From Zootoca vivipara (lineage: Eukaryota), in contig NC_083280.1 in the NCBI RefSeq assembly GCF_963506605.1, positions 51,026,001 to 51,090,000 on the forward strand: a stretch of DNA of 64,000 nt. Direction: 5' to 3'. Each line of letters opens with the position of its first letter. Positions within the stretch are counted from its first letter, which is position 1. This document shows positions 39,974 to 50,769 of the stretch, one piece after another. A program made the position numbers and the translations under genes. The notes beneath the pieces are model-generated. The model had not been told where the DNA came from and made no database searches. It saw nothing but the letters and a program-made list of their open reading frames with translations.

Positions 39974-40398
39974 CGGTGCCAGATTTACGTCTAAGCTAAA
40001 TAAGCTATAGTTTAGGGCCCCCAAAAAATTTAAAGAAAAAAAAAACCCCGGATGTACATTTTCAAAATATAAGATAAAAAACAAATAAAATAAAACATAC
40101 AGCAACAGTGTTTTGTGTTGTGTAGGCTCCTATGATGTAAGTAATGGGCCCCACCTGCTCCCTGAAATATCACTGGTTTGCTCATTTCTATATATAGGGT
40201 ACCTACATTCTGCATGGACTGGTTGCGTGGCAACGTGCAAATGGCTTTAGATACCTATTAGGTCCATAAATTACCATATAGCATATATTCAACACAAAAA
40301 ACAGCGACAATTTGTTGTTGACAAAGGACAGCTGGACATGTAAAGGGCCCCATTACCTTCAGTAGCTTAGGGCCTCATCAAACCTAAATCTGGTACTG
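39974..40398. mobile_element. Non-autonomous DNA transposon (hAT-like)
   Basis: Imperfect TIR cggtgccagattta / taaatctggtactg, subterminal ttagggcc motifs, flanking tttcct repeat. Confidence 0.65.
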
Positions 40399-43177
40399 TT
40401 TCCTATACACAGTGGTGCACTTTGGTCATTTTAGGCATTGGACAGTGGGGGTTGCTTCCCTTCAGGTAGTGCTCATTTCTTGTCCTTTCTTGCCCACTCC
40501 CCACCTCCATCCACCTAATTGCATTATTCACAACTGCTTCATTCCTACACTGGTATATTAATAATAATAATAATAATAACAGCAGTACCAACTGCTTGGC
40601 AACTCAGAAAATTACAAAGAAAGACCCTGATAATGCATAGTTTCTTGTCTTAATCTCTTTCATCCACTTCTGTTTTAAGCTCTTCTAAATGGTGTTTGTG
40701 CATGTATTTACATTGTTACCATAATAGGTTGTGATGGTGGATTTTTCGTTTCTTTTTCTGCCACATCTGTAATACAGATTTTCCAGAGTTAACTATGGCA
40801 TCCCTTCAAAGGAAAACCCAGTGGGGTTTTGTTTTTTGTTTTTTTATTGACAACTTTCCCATCCCACAGCTGTTGGCGGGGGCAGTGATCTGCCCATCAC
40901 CTTTGTTCTCCCCTCCTGCAGTCTGTCTGCCATTCTCAACACTACCCCCTGGGGAAAAACGAAAAGCTTTTTTTGTAGGGGTTCTTTGATGGTATGGAAC
41001 TGGAGGTGAGGGAACACACCAGGACACAATGTGGAGTACACCAAATGCTGGTCTGATCCTGCTGGCATAGCAGTGTGTTTGCTGAGCATGTTCAAGTTCT
41101 GGTTGGCTCTGGCCTGCCACCTCTTTGGTCCTCCCATGATGCAGTCAGTAACCAGCCTCAAACAAGGGGACTGACGAATGGAGCACAAGAAAAAATGACC
41201 ATACTGGGTGTTGTACTGATGGGTGTTGTACTGATGACCTACCTGTTTCCCACCACCACTGTGTTGTCCATTGCGATGTGGGGCCTTGGACTTGGGCCCA
41301 AATTCTGTGGGTTCCATTGCCTACGCAAACAGATGCAAAGAACAAATGTTTCCACACTTTATCTGGTCTTCCAACATAATCCATGGGAGTCTGACTTGAT
41401 GGATAGCATTTCCCACTTCACATTTATGTCAAGAGTGCTGATATGGTTCCCCTGTTGCAATTAACTCAGATGCAGAAAGGAATTATTCCTTTAAAAAAGC
41501 ATCCTAACCAAACGATTTTCTAACCAAACAATTGTGTAGCTTCTGGGCTTTTTTTTATATTGTCAACATGCCTAATTTGGAGCTGAATTTGGGATTTTGG
41601 TGGTTCTAGAGTTGGGACCATTTGTATCTTTGCATGAGTATGTAAGGTGGGTAACTTGTATTTGGATGTTCTTGTTGAGCGAGAGGCGGGAGCTTATATA
41701 TGTCCTAAAATATCCAAATAGTGTTCTCCAATGAGAAGCCAGTTTTTATAGGGACATGGCCACATATGCACACTCCTTGTCATATTAGTTGCCTTGCTGG
41801 AAAGAGAAAGTTACTTCTCTAACCAAGGTACCAACGTATTTTAGCAAAATTTATGAATTATTTGCAATCTAGCTTCGTTTCTGGATTTATCACCATTTCT
41901 GAGCACTAAGTTTCTTTGTATGTACTGGGCCCATTGATTTAAATGGGGATGGCAAGCATGTGCTCACACTTGGTTTGTAGGAAATACAAAATGGACCAAT
42001 AGCAGGTAATAGTTAACAGCTTCTATGAAGTATTCATTACCAAAGCACAGATTCAATTTCACTTATTCAGTTTCAGATGCATCAGTTTTTATTGTGATTA
42101 TTTTATTGGATAATATACTACTTAATGACCAAGCGAGCTACTAAGTGGTTTACAAAGTATAAAAGCCAAATACACAAAAACCAATTAAAAAAACAAAATT
42201 AAAATACACAACAAAGCAGTATCATAAAAAAGAAGATCCAGGTCAGGAAAATGCTTGTGTAAACATATGCATCTTCAAGAGCCAGTGGAATGTCAGTATA
42301 GGTGGCCTCTGTATTTTGCCTTTCTTCCAATGCATTTGGAGCAGGGTTTTAAACACACAGCAATTTAAAAAAAACCACACAAGCACTTGGTTAAAGTTTG
42401 CACCTGGGCTTTGCACCTGTAGATCCGCTCCAGATCCACCTTTTCCAACCTGGTACCCTCCTGGTGTTCTGAACTACAATTACAGTACCATGCTGGCTGT
42501 GGCCGATAGGAGCTGTAATCCAAAATAGCTGGAGGGTACCAGGTTGGGGGAGACTGGGTTAGCTACCGTACTGCATCCCCTGACTTGGAGCACCACATTG
42601 CCATCTGCTCGCAACTCTGTAGCTGGGAATGCAAGTGCAGGCAGGGCTTTCACAGTGTTATCTACACAACAGTGTGCAATCTTATATCGTTTCTTTCCAT
42701 AGCCAGCAAGGGACTTGGTTGTGCATGTAGTCTGCTGGATCCAAACCATTATATGTAATTAAATGTGGGAAACCATATTGAGAGACTGCTGTGCACTGTT
42801 GACAACATTGGAAAAATTCTGTGACTGTTGCTAGTTATGGTTTTATTACTGTAACAAATCAGTAAATGTGATGCTTCTTGTACGTTGTTGGGGAAAATAA
42901 TGCACCCTATCTGTTAACTATTAAAATTATTAATTATCTGGTGCCAGCTGATTGTAGAGATGAGAACAAGCTCTAGGTAAGCTATTTGTTTTATGATACA
43001 GCAAATCCTAGGATTCTGGTTCACATTTTTCCTCCCTCCTTGGGATTAAACTGTTTCCATTAAATTAGTTGTGCCACTTTGGTACCTTTCAATGTGAACG
43101 GCAGATTTATGTGCCTTGTTTGTTATTTTCATGAATTTCTATGAAGCTTTTTATCCTTTGGGATCTTATTTTTTCAG

Positions 43178-43273
43178 AAACCGGTATGCCAAAGCCTAGT
43201 AGAAGGAAGAGGAATAAAATGTTAAAGATTGGACATGGTGGGATTCTGGATAGCAGTGCTGCAGGAGTGCTAG
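43178..43273 (+). CDS. TRUB1: TRUB1 exon 2 (catalytic Asp motif)
   Basis: ttcag|AA..G|gtaat. (E)TGMPKPSRRKRNKMLKIGHGGILDSSAAGVL. Confidence 0.93.
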
Positions 43274-44117
43274 GTAATATGCATATTAGCAGTCATTTAT
43301 TTATTTGCAATGTCCTTAGAGAACTCTCTCCCATTGGAGATAACATATCTGCCACATTACCAGCTTTTCCGTGTGAAATTTAGATGTACTTTTTCTTCAG
43401 TCCTGTGCAGATGGCTGGTTTAAATAACTGGTTCCTCTGCTCCTGGACTGCCATTTTATGATGTCCATTGATTTTATGGTTTTTATGTCATATTTTCTGA
43501 GGTTCTAGTCCAGCTGTGGTTTGTTTACCTGTTCACTCCAAAGCAGAAGTGCTTGGACTGAGTACACCAGCCTGTAGCTTGTGCCCAGTACAAAAGCATA
43601 CTTAAAGGCCCAGCATTGCATGTGAACTAAGGTCCCAGGGTGGGTTGCAACATTATGCAACATTAAAAACAGTTTAAAACAACTTAACAGTAATAGAAAT
43701 AAAGCAGGTCCTTATTTCTGTTATTGTAAGCTGGGCAAATAAGCTGAATTATTTTGTCTTTGCTGGCATTCCTTCTTTTTTAAGGCACTGATGGAGAAAT
43801 GAGTACTGCTTGCTCAGTCATAAATACTGCAGACCCTTTAAAATAGCTCGGAAGGACCCCAATGTAGATTGATGCACTTGTGTGCATTGCTTCTCATCAC
43901 ACCCCACCCTGACATACTGAAAAATGGAAAGCACCAGAGTATTTTTCCCCCTCCTAAAATTTCTTCTGTCATCATTTTCAATCAATTGACCCTGTTAATG
44001 GAAAGTGTCAGAATTGTGTGAAATAATATTTGTTACTGGCATCATGTTTTACATACAGCAGTAGTGAATACAGAGGTGACGGGCAGTTGTTGAAGTAATG
44101 TTTCTCTTTGTTAACAG

Positions 44118-44173
44118 TGGTTGGCATTGGAAAAGGAACTAAAATGCTGACCAGCTTGCTGGCAGGTTCTAAG
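44118..44173 (+). CDS. TRUB1: TRUB1 exon 3
   Basis: aacag|TG..AAG|gtaag. (V)VGIGKGTKMLTSLLAGSK. Confidence 0.93.
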
Positions 44174-45923
44174 GTAAGGAAAAATGGGGTACTTCTTGTT
44201 TTCCGTATGTTTTCCACCTTCTGTAAATTAACTATGAATAGGGAGGTGAGGGCATACACTATTTTCAGATAGCAAAGACTGGGAATCATACTGATCTTTA
44301 AATTGCTTTGACAAAACAAGTCTGTCTAAAAGAAGTGAGGCCTTGAGGCTTAACCTACATTGGAATCCTGGCTGTGCACATTCTAGGTTAATGCTTTAAC
44401 GGTTATTGCTTTATCGGCTTCCTTGGCTTGGATCCTAATATAACTTAAGGAAGTTCACAGCGGGAAAGTCTCCTGTCACTTCCTTCCCTTCTGCAACACT
44501 CCATGCTCCATTCCATGCTTTTTGTGATGCTCCCCCAACCTTCTGAGATGTTTTTAGGGGAAGAAAAAGATGTGAAACTGCTTCCATTAACTTATTTTAA
44601 GTCAAAATATCTGATAGGAAGCCCATAAGAAAGGGCAGCAACAGAGGTTGGTCCGTTAGGGTGGATTGGGGCACTGTCCCACTAACTTCAACCTGCCATC
44701 AGCCAGCCTTTCCCCCAGCTTAATTTCTCACTTGCATTCAGTCCAGGGGGAGCAGTGTCTTACTGACTTCTCCTTTCTTAGCCTCGGTGTTGCCCTTGTA
44801 GAACTGAGCAGGGAGGAGGATGGGGCAAAACTAGAATGAGTTGGCTCTCCTTTCATTGGTTCTGCCTCTGCCTCCTGTGGACCTTGCTGACTTCCACCCT
44901 ACCAACCCCAATAGACACTAGGCACCACTTCTTGAGTGGAATTCTGTATGTAGTTGATGATCTGTGGTATGGAGGCTTCTCAGCTTCGTATTCACTGTTG
45001 GCAGTAGCCATAAACTTGCAGGGTGCAGAAATAGTGCAATTAATGTGCATAATGTGTCAAGGGAGGAAAAGCATAACATAATGTAATCTGCATGAACACG
45101 TTGGACGCAGCTGGAGGACATGTTACACTTCCTCTTTGATACAGCGTATGAAATTTCTGGTGTGAGATTAGAAATGGCAGTTCCTTGGTTGTTTTGGAAA
45201 TTATGCTTGGTGAATTGAGATCTCAATTTATACACACTGGTGAGCTTTAGTACTTACCCGCAAATATATGTACTGACATAAGAGAGAGCTTAGTCCTCCA
45301 GGGCTCAAGAAATAAAATTAGAACTTGGTGATCATTGGGGGTTGTATCCCACATACTGCTAAGTGAAAGAGAATTAGCACGGAATTTGTTTTACTAGAGG
45401 TTCATCTTGTGAAAGAGGTTCCACAACCATATAGCTTTGTATATAGAGAGGATAGGAGCATAAAAAGGTAGTTTAATGAGACTTCAAACTAGCACAAGCT
45501 CTTGCACAATGGCTCCATCAATGCTTTTGCTGTGTTGGATTCATCTGCCCAGCATGGAGAAATGGACCTGTTCAAGCACAGGGCTTGCTGAATGACAATG
45601 TTGGATGCAACCATGGGTATAGCTCAGCTTCAAAAGTGGAGCAAAGAGCCGCTTAACCTTGAACTCCTACACTATCATCTTGCACCTATCTGCTTGAAAG
45701 TAAGTGGGTGATATTGGGTGTTTCAGCCCTAAAGGTGATCTGTTTATTAAAATTCACCTTTGTTAAAGCTGGCTAGTAAATATGCTTTCTGGCTCTGGAG
45801 GTGCAAATGGTTGTTAATATGCTTTAATTGCTGCTGAATAGGTTGAAATGCTCTTAGCTTCCATGTCCCAAATTTATTATCCCAGGACACCTGTTTACCT
45901 TTTTTTGTGGTGTTGCCCTATAT

Positions 45924-46059
45924 CAGGCATCCCCAAACTTCGGCCTTCCAGATGTTTTGGACTACAATTCCCATCTTCCCCAACCACTGATCCTGTTAGC
46001 TAGGGATCATGTGAGTTGTAGACCAAAACATCTGGAGGGCCACAGTTTGGGGGTGCCTG
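45924..46059. mobile_element. 136-bp hairpin hAT MITE
   Basis: TIR caggcatccccaaact / agtttgggggtgcctg; TSD ccctatat. Confidence 0.9.
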
Positions 46060-46724
46060 CCCTATATTCTCTGACAACAGAGATACCTCATATCTGGCAA
46101 AGCTAGCTGTTGTCGGTGTTAGCTATGATGAGATACAGTGGTGCAGATTCCTGCTACTTCATACCATCTGTGTGGATTCATTTGATTGCATTGTGCATTA
46201 TCCAGTTGTAGTTTCTTCCATATAACAGTAGCTCTACTTCCCTCAAGTAGGTCAGATGAGAGTGATTTCACTTTCCCCTGGGAATGAGAGGCTCAGTGTG
46301 AATAATCTGTACTGTGATCTCCAATGCACTAACTAGTTGAAAATCCGCTCTTTTAAAATGGGCACTCCTAGGCTAGCTGTTTTTTATCTGAATCCCCAGG
46401 AGCTTCACTGACTTGCAGAAGATTAGAATTGACTCCCCTGCATTAATTGCAGCTTCTTGTTTAAGCAATAGGTGAATGAGCGTTTGATCTCAAAGGTTGT
46501 CATCTCTCTCCAGAGAGAACCGTTATCAAAATGTCACCCGGATAACATCAAATCCAGGCTCCCAGTGGCCTCAGAGGTTAGGAAGGAAAAAGATGAACAG
46601 AACAAGGGGTATACTGAGCTTGCTGTGGTCTTAGAATCATAGAATCATAGAATCATAGAATCATAGAGTTGGAAGAGACCACAAGGGCCATCCAGTCCAA
46701 CCCCCTGCCAAGCAGGAAACACCA

Positions 46725-49646
46725 TCAAAGCATTCCTGACAGATGGCTGTCAAGCCTCTGCTTAAAGACCTCCAAAGAAGGAGACTCCACCACACTCCTT
46801 GGCAGCAAATTCCACTGCCGAACAGCTCTTACTGTCAGGAAGTTCTTCCTAATGTTTAGGTGGAATTTTCTTTCTTGTAGTTTGAATCCGTTGCTCCGTG
46901 TCCGCTTCTCTGGAGCAGCAGAAAACAACCTTTCTCCCTCCTTTATATGACATCCTTTTATATATTTGAACATGGTTATCATATCACCCCTTAACCTTCT
47001 CTTCTCCAGGCTAAACATACCCAGCTCCCTAAGCCGTTCCTCATAAGGCATCGTTTCCAGGCCTTTGACCATTTTGGTTGCCCTCTTCTGGACACGTTCC
47101 AGCTTATCAGTATCCTTCTTGAACTGTGGTGCCCAGAACTGGACACAATACTCCAGGTGAGGTCTGACCAGAGCAGAATACAGTGGTACTATTACTTCCC
47201 TTGATCTAGATGCTATACTCCTATTGATGCAGCCCAGAATTGCATTGGCTTTTTTAGCTGCTGCATCACACTGCTGACTCATGTCAAGTTTGTGGTCAAC
47301 CAAAACTCCTAGATCCTTTTCACATGTACTGCTCTCAAGCCAGGTGTCTCCCATCCTGTATCTGTGCCTTTCATTTTTTTTGCCCAAGTGTAGTACTTTA
47401 CATTTCTCCTTGTTAAAATTCATCTTGTTTGCTTTGGCCCAGTTGTCTAATCTGTTAAGGTCATTCTGAAGTGTGATCCTGTCCTCTGGGGTGTTAGCCA
47501 CCCCTCCCAACTTGGTGTCATCTGCAAACTTGCTCAGGATTCCCTCAAGCCCATCATCCAAGTCATTGATAAAGATGTTGAACAAGACTGGGCCCAAGAC
47601 AGAACCCTGTGGCACCCCACTAGTCACTACTCTCCAGGATGAGGAGGAGCCATTGATGAGCACCCTTTGGGTTCGGTCAGTAAGCCAGCTACAAATCCAC
47701 TGAATGGTAGCATTGTCTAGCCCACATTTTACCAGCTTCTTTACAAGAATATCATGGGGCACCTTGTCAAAGGCCTTGCTGAAATCAAGATAGGCTACAT
47801 CCACAGCGTTCCCTTCATCTACCAGGCTTGTAATTCTGTCAAAAAATGAGATCAGATTAGTCTGACATGACTTATTTTTCAGGAACCCATGCTGACTTTT
47901 AGTGATCACAGAGTTTCTTTCTAGGTGCTCACAGACTGTTTGCTTAATGATCTGCTCTAGAATCTTTCCTGGTATTGATGTCAGGCTGACTGGGCGGTAA
48001 TTGTTTGGGTCCTCTCTTTTCCCCTTTTTGAAAATAGGGACAACATTTGCCCTCCTCCAGTCTGCTGGAACTTCGCCTGTTCTCCAGGAATTTTCAAAGA
48101 TTATTGCCAGTGGTTCTGAAATCACCTCTGCCAGTTCTTTTAATACTCTTGGATGTAGTTCATCTGGCCCTGGAGACTTGAATACATCTAAACTAGCCAA
48201 GTATTCTTGTACTACCTCCTTACTTATTCTGGGCTGTGTTTCCCCTGCTGAATCATCTGCTCCATATTCTTCAGGTCGGGCGTTGTTTTCTTTCTTGGAG
48301 AAGACTGAGGCAAAGAAGGCATTGAGGAGTTCTGCCCTTTCTCTGTCCCCTGTTTGCATTTCACCATCTTCTCCTCTGAGTGACCCCACTGTTTCCTTGT
48401 TTTTCCTTTTGCTACGGACATACCCATAAAAGCCCTTTTTGTTGCTTTTAACCTCTCTGGCGAGCCTGAGTTCATTCTGTGCTTTAGCTTTTCTGACTTT
48501 GTCTCTACACGTGCTGGCTATATGTTTGAATTCCTCTCTGGAGATTTCCCCCCTTTTCCATTTTTTGTACATATCCCTTTTAAATCTTAACTCAGTCAAA
48601 AGTTCTTTAGATAGCCAGCCTGGCTTCTTTAGGCACCTTCCATGTTTCCGTCTCATTGGTATTGCCTGAAGTTGTGCTTTTAATATCTCCCTTTTAACAA
48701 ACTCCCAACCATCATGAACTCCCTTCCCTTTTAGTATTACTGTCCATGGGATTTCACCCAGCTTTTCCCTAAGTTTTCTGAAGTCGGCTTTTTTAAAGTC
48801 TAGAATTTGGACCTTAGTATGCTTGGTTGCTCCTTTCCGCTGGATAATAAACTCCAGAAGAGCATGGTCACTCCCACCTAATGATCCTGCCACTTCTACC
48901 CCACTAACCAAGTCATCACCATTGGTTAGGACCAGATCTAAAATGGCTGATCCTCTTGTTGCTTCTCCCACTTTCTGGACAATGAAGTTGTCTGCAAGGC
49001 CAGTGAGGAATCTGTTCGACCTTATGCTCTTGGCTGAGTTTGACATCCAACAAATATCAGGATAGTTGAAATCCCCCATTACTACTATCTCACTTCCTTT
49101 GGAATGCTTGGCCATCTGTTCCAGGAAGGCATCATCTGTGTCCTCAGTTTGGCTTGGGGATCTATAGTAAACTCCCACAATGAGGTCACTGTTGTTTTTC
49201 TCTCCCTTAATTTTGACCCAGATACTCTCAATTTGGCTTTGAAGTTTTAAATCCTGGATCTCTTCACAGGTATACATATCCCTAACATATAAAGCTACTC
49301 CTCCTCCTTTCCTGTTTGGTCTATTTCTCTTAAATAGATTGTATCCCTCTATTACTACATTCCAGTCATGAGACTCATCCCACCAGGTTTCAGTGATGCC
49401 TATTATGTCATATTTAGTTTGCTGTACCAAGAGCTCAAGTTCATCTTGTTTATTTCCCATGCTCTGTGCATTAGTATACAGACATTGAAGACCGTTGATC
49501 ATTCCCCCATGTCTCTTATTTAAGGATATTTTCGTCCCACCACTAGGTCTGCATGCTGCTTGCTCCATTTGGTCCTTGACATTTGGATGATCATCTTCAG
49601 CATTTGATAGACTCCTACCTTCAGGACCACTGTCTCCCTCCCCCAC
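46725..49646 (-). CDS. CR1 ORF2: APE endonuclease plus reverse transcriptase (start uncertain; the track start is GTG)
   Basis: 973-aa open frame. EN motifs YTNAQS, ITETW, GDFN, LDL, SDH; RT motifs [23 protein letters not shown]. Confidence 0.95.
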   Translation of the reverse strand: MGEGDSGPEGRSLSNAEDDHPNVKDQMEQAACRPSGGTKISLNKRHGGMINGLQCLYTNAQSMGNKQDELELLVQQTKYDIIGITETWWDESHDWNVVIEGYNLFKRNRPNRKGGGVALYVRDMYTCEEIQDLKLQSQIESIWVKIKGEKNNSDLIVGVYYRSPSQTEDTDDAFLEQMAKHSKGSEIVVMGDFNYPDICWMSNSAKSIRSNRFLTGLADNFIVQKVGEATRGSAILDLVLTNGDDLVSGVEVAGSLGGSDHALLEFIIQRKGATKHTKVQILDFKKADFRKLREKLGEIPWTVILKGKGVHDGWEFVKREILKAQLQAIPMRRKHGRCLKKPGWLSKELLTELRFKRDMYKKWKRGEISREEFKHIASTCRDKVRKAKAQNELRLAREVKSNKKGFYGYVRSKRKNKETVGSLRGEDGEMQTGDRERAELLNAFFASVFSKKENNARPEEYGADDSAGETQPRISKEVVQEYLASLDVFKSPGPDELHPRVLKELAEVISEPLAIIFENSWRTGEVPADWRRANVVPIFKKGKREDPNNYRPVSLTSIPGKILEQIIKQTVCEHLERNSVITKSQHGFLKNKSCQTNLISFFDRITSLVDEGNAVDVAYLDFSKAFDKVPHDILVKKLVKCGLDNATIQWICSWLTDRTQRVLINGSSSSWRVVTSGVPQGSVLGPVLFNIFINDLDDGLEGILSKFADDTKLGGVANTPEDRITLQNDLNRLDNWAKANKMNFNKEKCKVLHLGKKNERHRYRMGDTWLESSTCEKDLGVLVDHKLDMSQQCDAAAKKANAILGCINRSIASRSREVIVPLYSALVRPHLEYCVQFWAPQFKKDTDKLERVQKRATKMVKGLETMPYEERLRELGMFSLEKRRLRGDMITMFKYIKGCHIKEGERLFSAAPEKRTRSNGFKLQERKFHLNIRKNFLTVRAVRQWNLLPRSVVESPSLEVFKQRLDSHLSGML

Positions 49647-49651
49647 ATAAG

Positions 49652-50692
49652 TCAGTTTAAAGCCCTCCTGATGAGGTTTTTGAGTTTTGTGGCAAAAACA
49701 TTCCTCCCAACTTTTGTGAGGTGCAGTCCATCACTTGCCAGAAGTCCATCTTCAAGAAACTGCAGACCGTGATCTAGGAATCCAAACCGTTCCTGTTTGC
49801 ACCATTTGCGAAGCCAGTTGTTCACTTCCCCTATTTTTCCCTCTCTCCCTGGGCCATGTCGTTCAACTGGGAGGACAGAAGAGATGACAATTTGTGCATC
49901 TAATTGCTTCAACTTCCTGCCCAGAGCCTCATAATCATTTTTGATCTTCTGTAAGCTATGGCTTGCAGTGTCATTGGTTCCCACATGCACCAAAAGGAAG
50001 GGGTATTTGTCGGTGGGTTTTATGATTCCTTGCAGCCGTTCTGTTACATCTTTGATCTTGGCCCCAGGTAGACAGCACACCTCTCGAGACATCTTGTCAG
50101 GCCCACAGATCACTGCTTCTGTACCCCTCAGTAGGGAATCCCCAATCACCACTACACGCCTCTTCATGGGCTTGGTTGGGATACTTCTATGTGCTGTCCC
50201 TTCCAAGGTTACCTGCATATTTCCAGAGGACTGACTTGGTTGCTCGTCTTCATATTCCTCATCAACTGTGATGAGGGAGAGATCCTCAGGTGGAGTCTGT
50301 TCCTCGTCTTCCATGAGCACTTCAAAACGGTTGTGTAATTCTAAGCACTCAGAGCGATCCCTGGGCCTTCTACTTCTATGAGTCACGTTCCTCCATACAT
50401 CTGGCTGCTGTGTTGGGGAACTGACCTCCTCCTCAGGGAGATCCCCTGTCTCCTCCTTGGTGCAGACAGTGTGCTCTGCTGCATCCAAGAAAAGCTCCAG
50501 TTCTTTAATTCTCTGGAGCGTAGATACACGCCCCTGAAGCTGCTGCACCTTCTCTTCCAGAAGGGCAACCTTGTTTTCTAGTAGGGCAACCAACTTACAA
50601 TTGTTGCAGGTGTAGCTACCCACATCCTTTGGCAAGAAAACAAACATTGCACAGGAATTGCAGGTGACAATGGTTGTTCCCTCCACCTCCAT
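49652..50692 (-). CDS. CR1 ORF1: zinc finger/leucine zipper plus SGNH esterase-like domain
   Basis: CxxC..CxxC, heptad leucines, GDS..HVGTND..DGLH motifs; strong Kozak context aagATGG. Confidence 0.93.
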   Translation of the reverse strand: MEVEGTTIVTCNSCAMFVFLPKDVGSYTCNNCKLVALLENKVALLEEKVQQLQGRVSTLQRIKELELFLDAAEHTVCTKEETGDLPEEEVSSPTQQPDVWRNVTHRSRRPRDRSECLELHNRFEVLMEDEEQTPPEDLSLITVDEEYEDEQPSQSSGNMQVTLEGTAHRSIPTKPMKRRVVVIGDSLLRGTEAVICGPDKMSREVCCLPGAKIKDVTERLQGIIKPTDKYPFLLVHVGTNDTASHSLQKIKNDYEALGRKLKQLDAQIVISSVLPVERHGPGREGKIGEVNNWLRKWCKQERFGFLDHGLQFLEDGLLASDGLHLTKVGRNVFATKLKNLIRRALN

Positions 50693-50769
50693 CTTGAAAA
50701 CCTTGAGGTCAAGGGGGAAAGAGGAAGAGGCCTAGGTCCCCCCTAACAAACGTATGAGACTTGCTGCTA

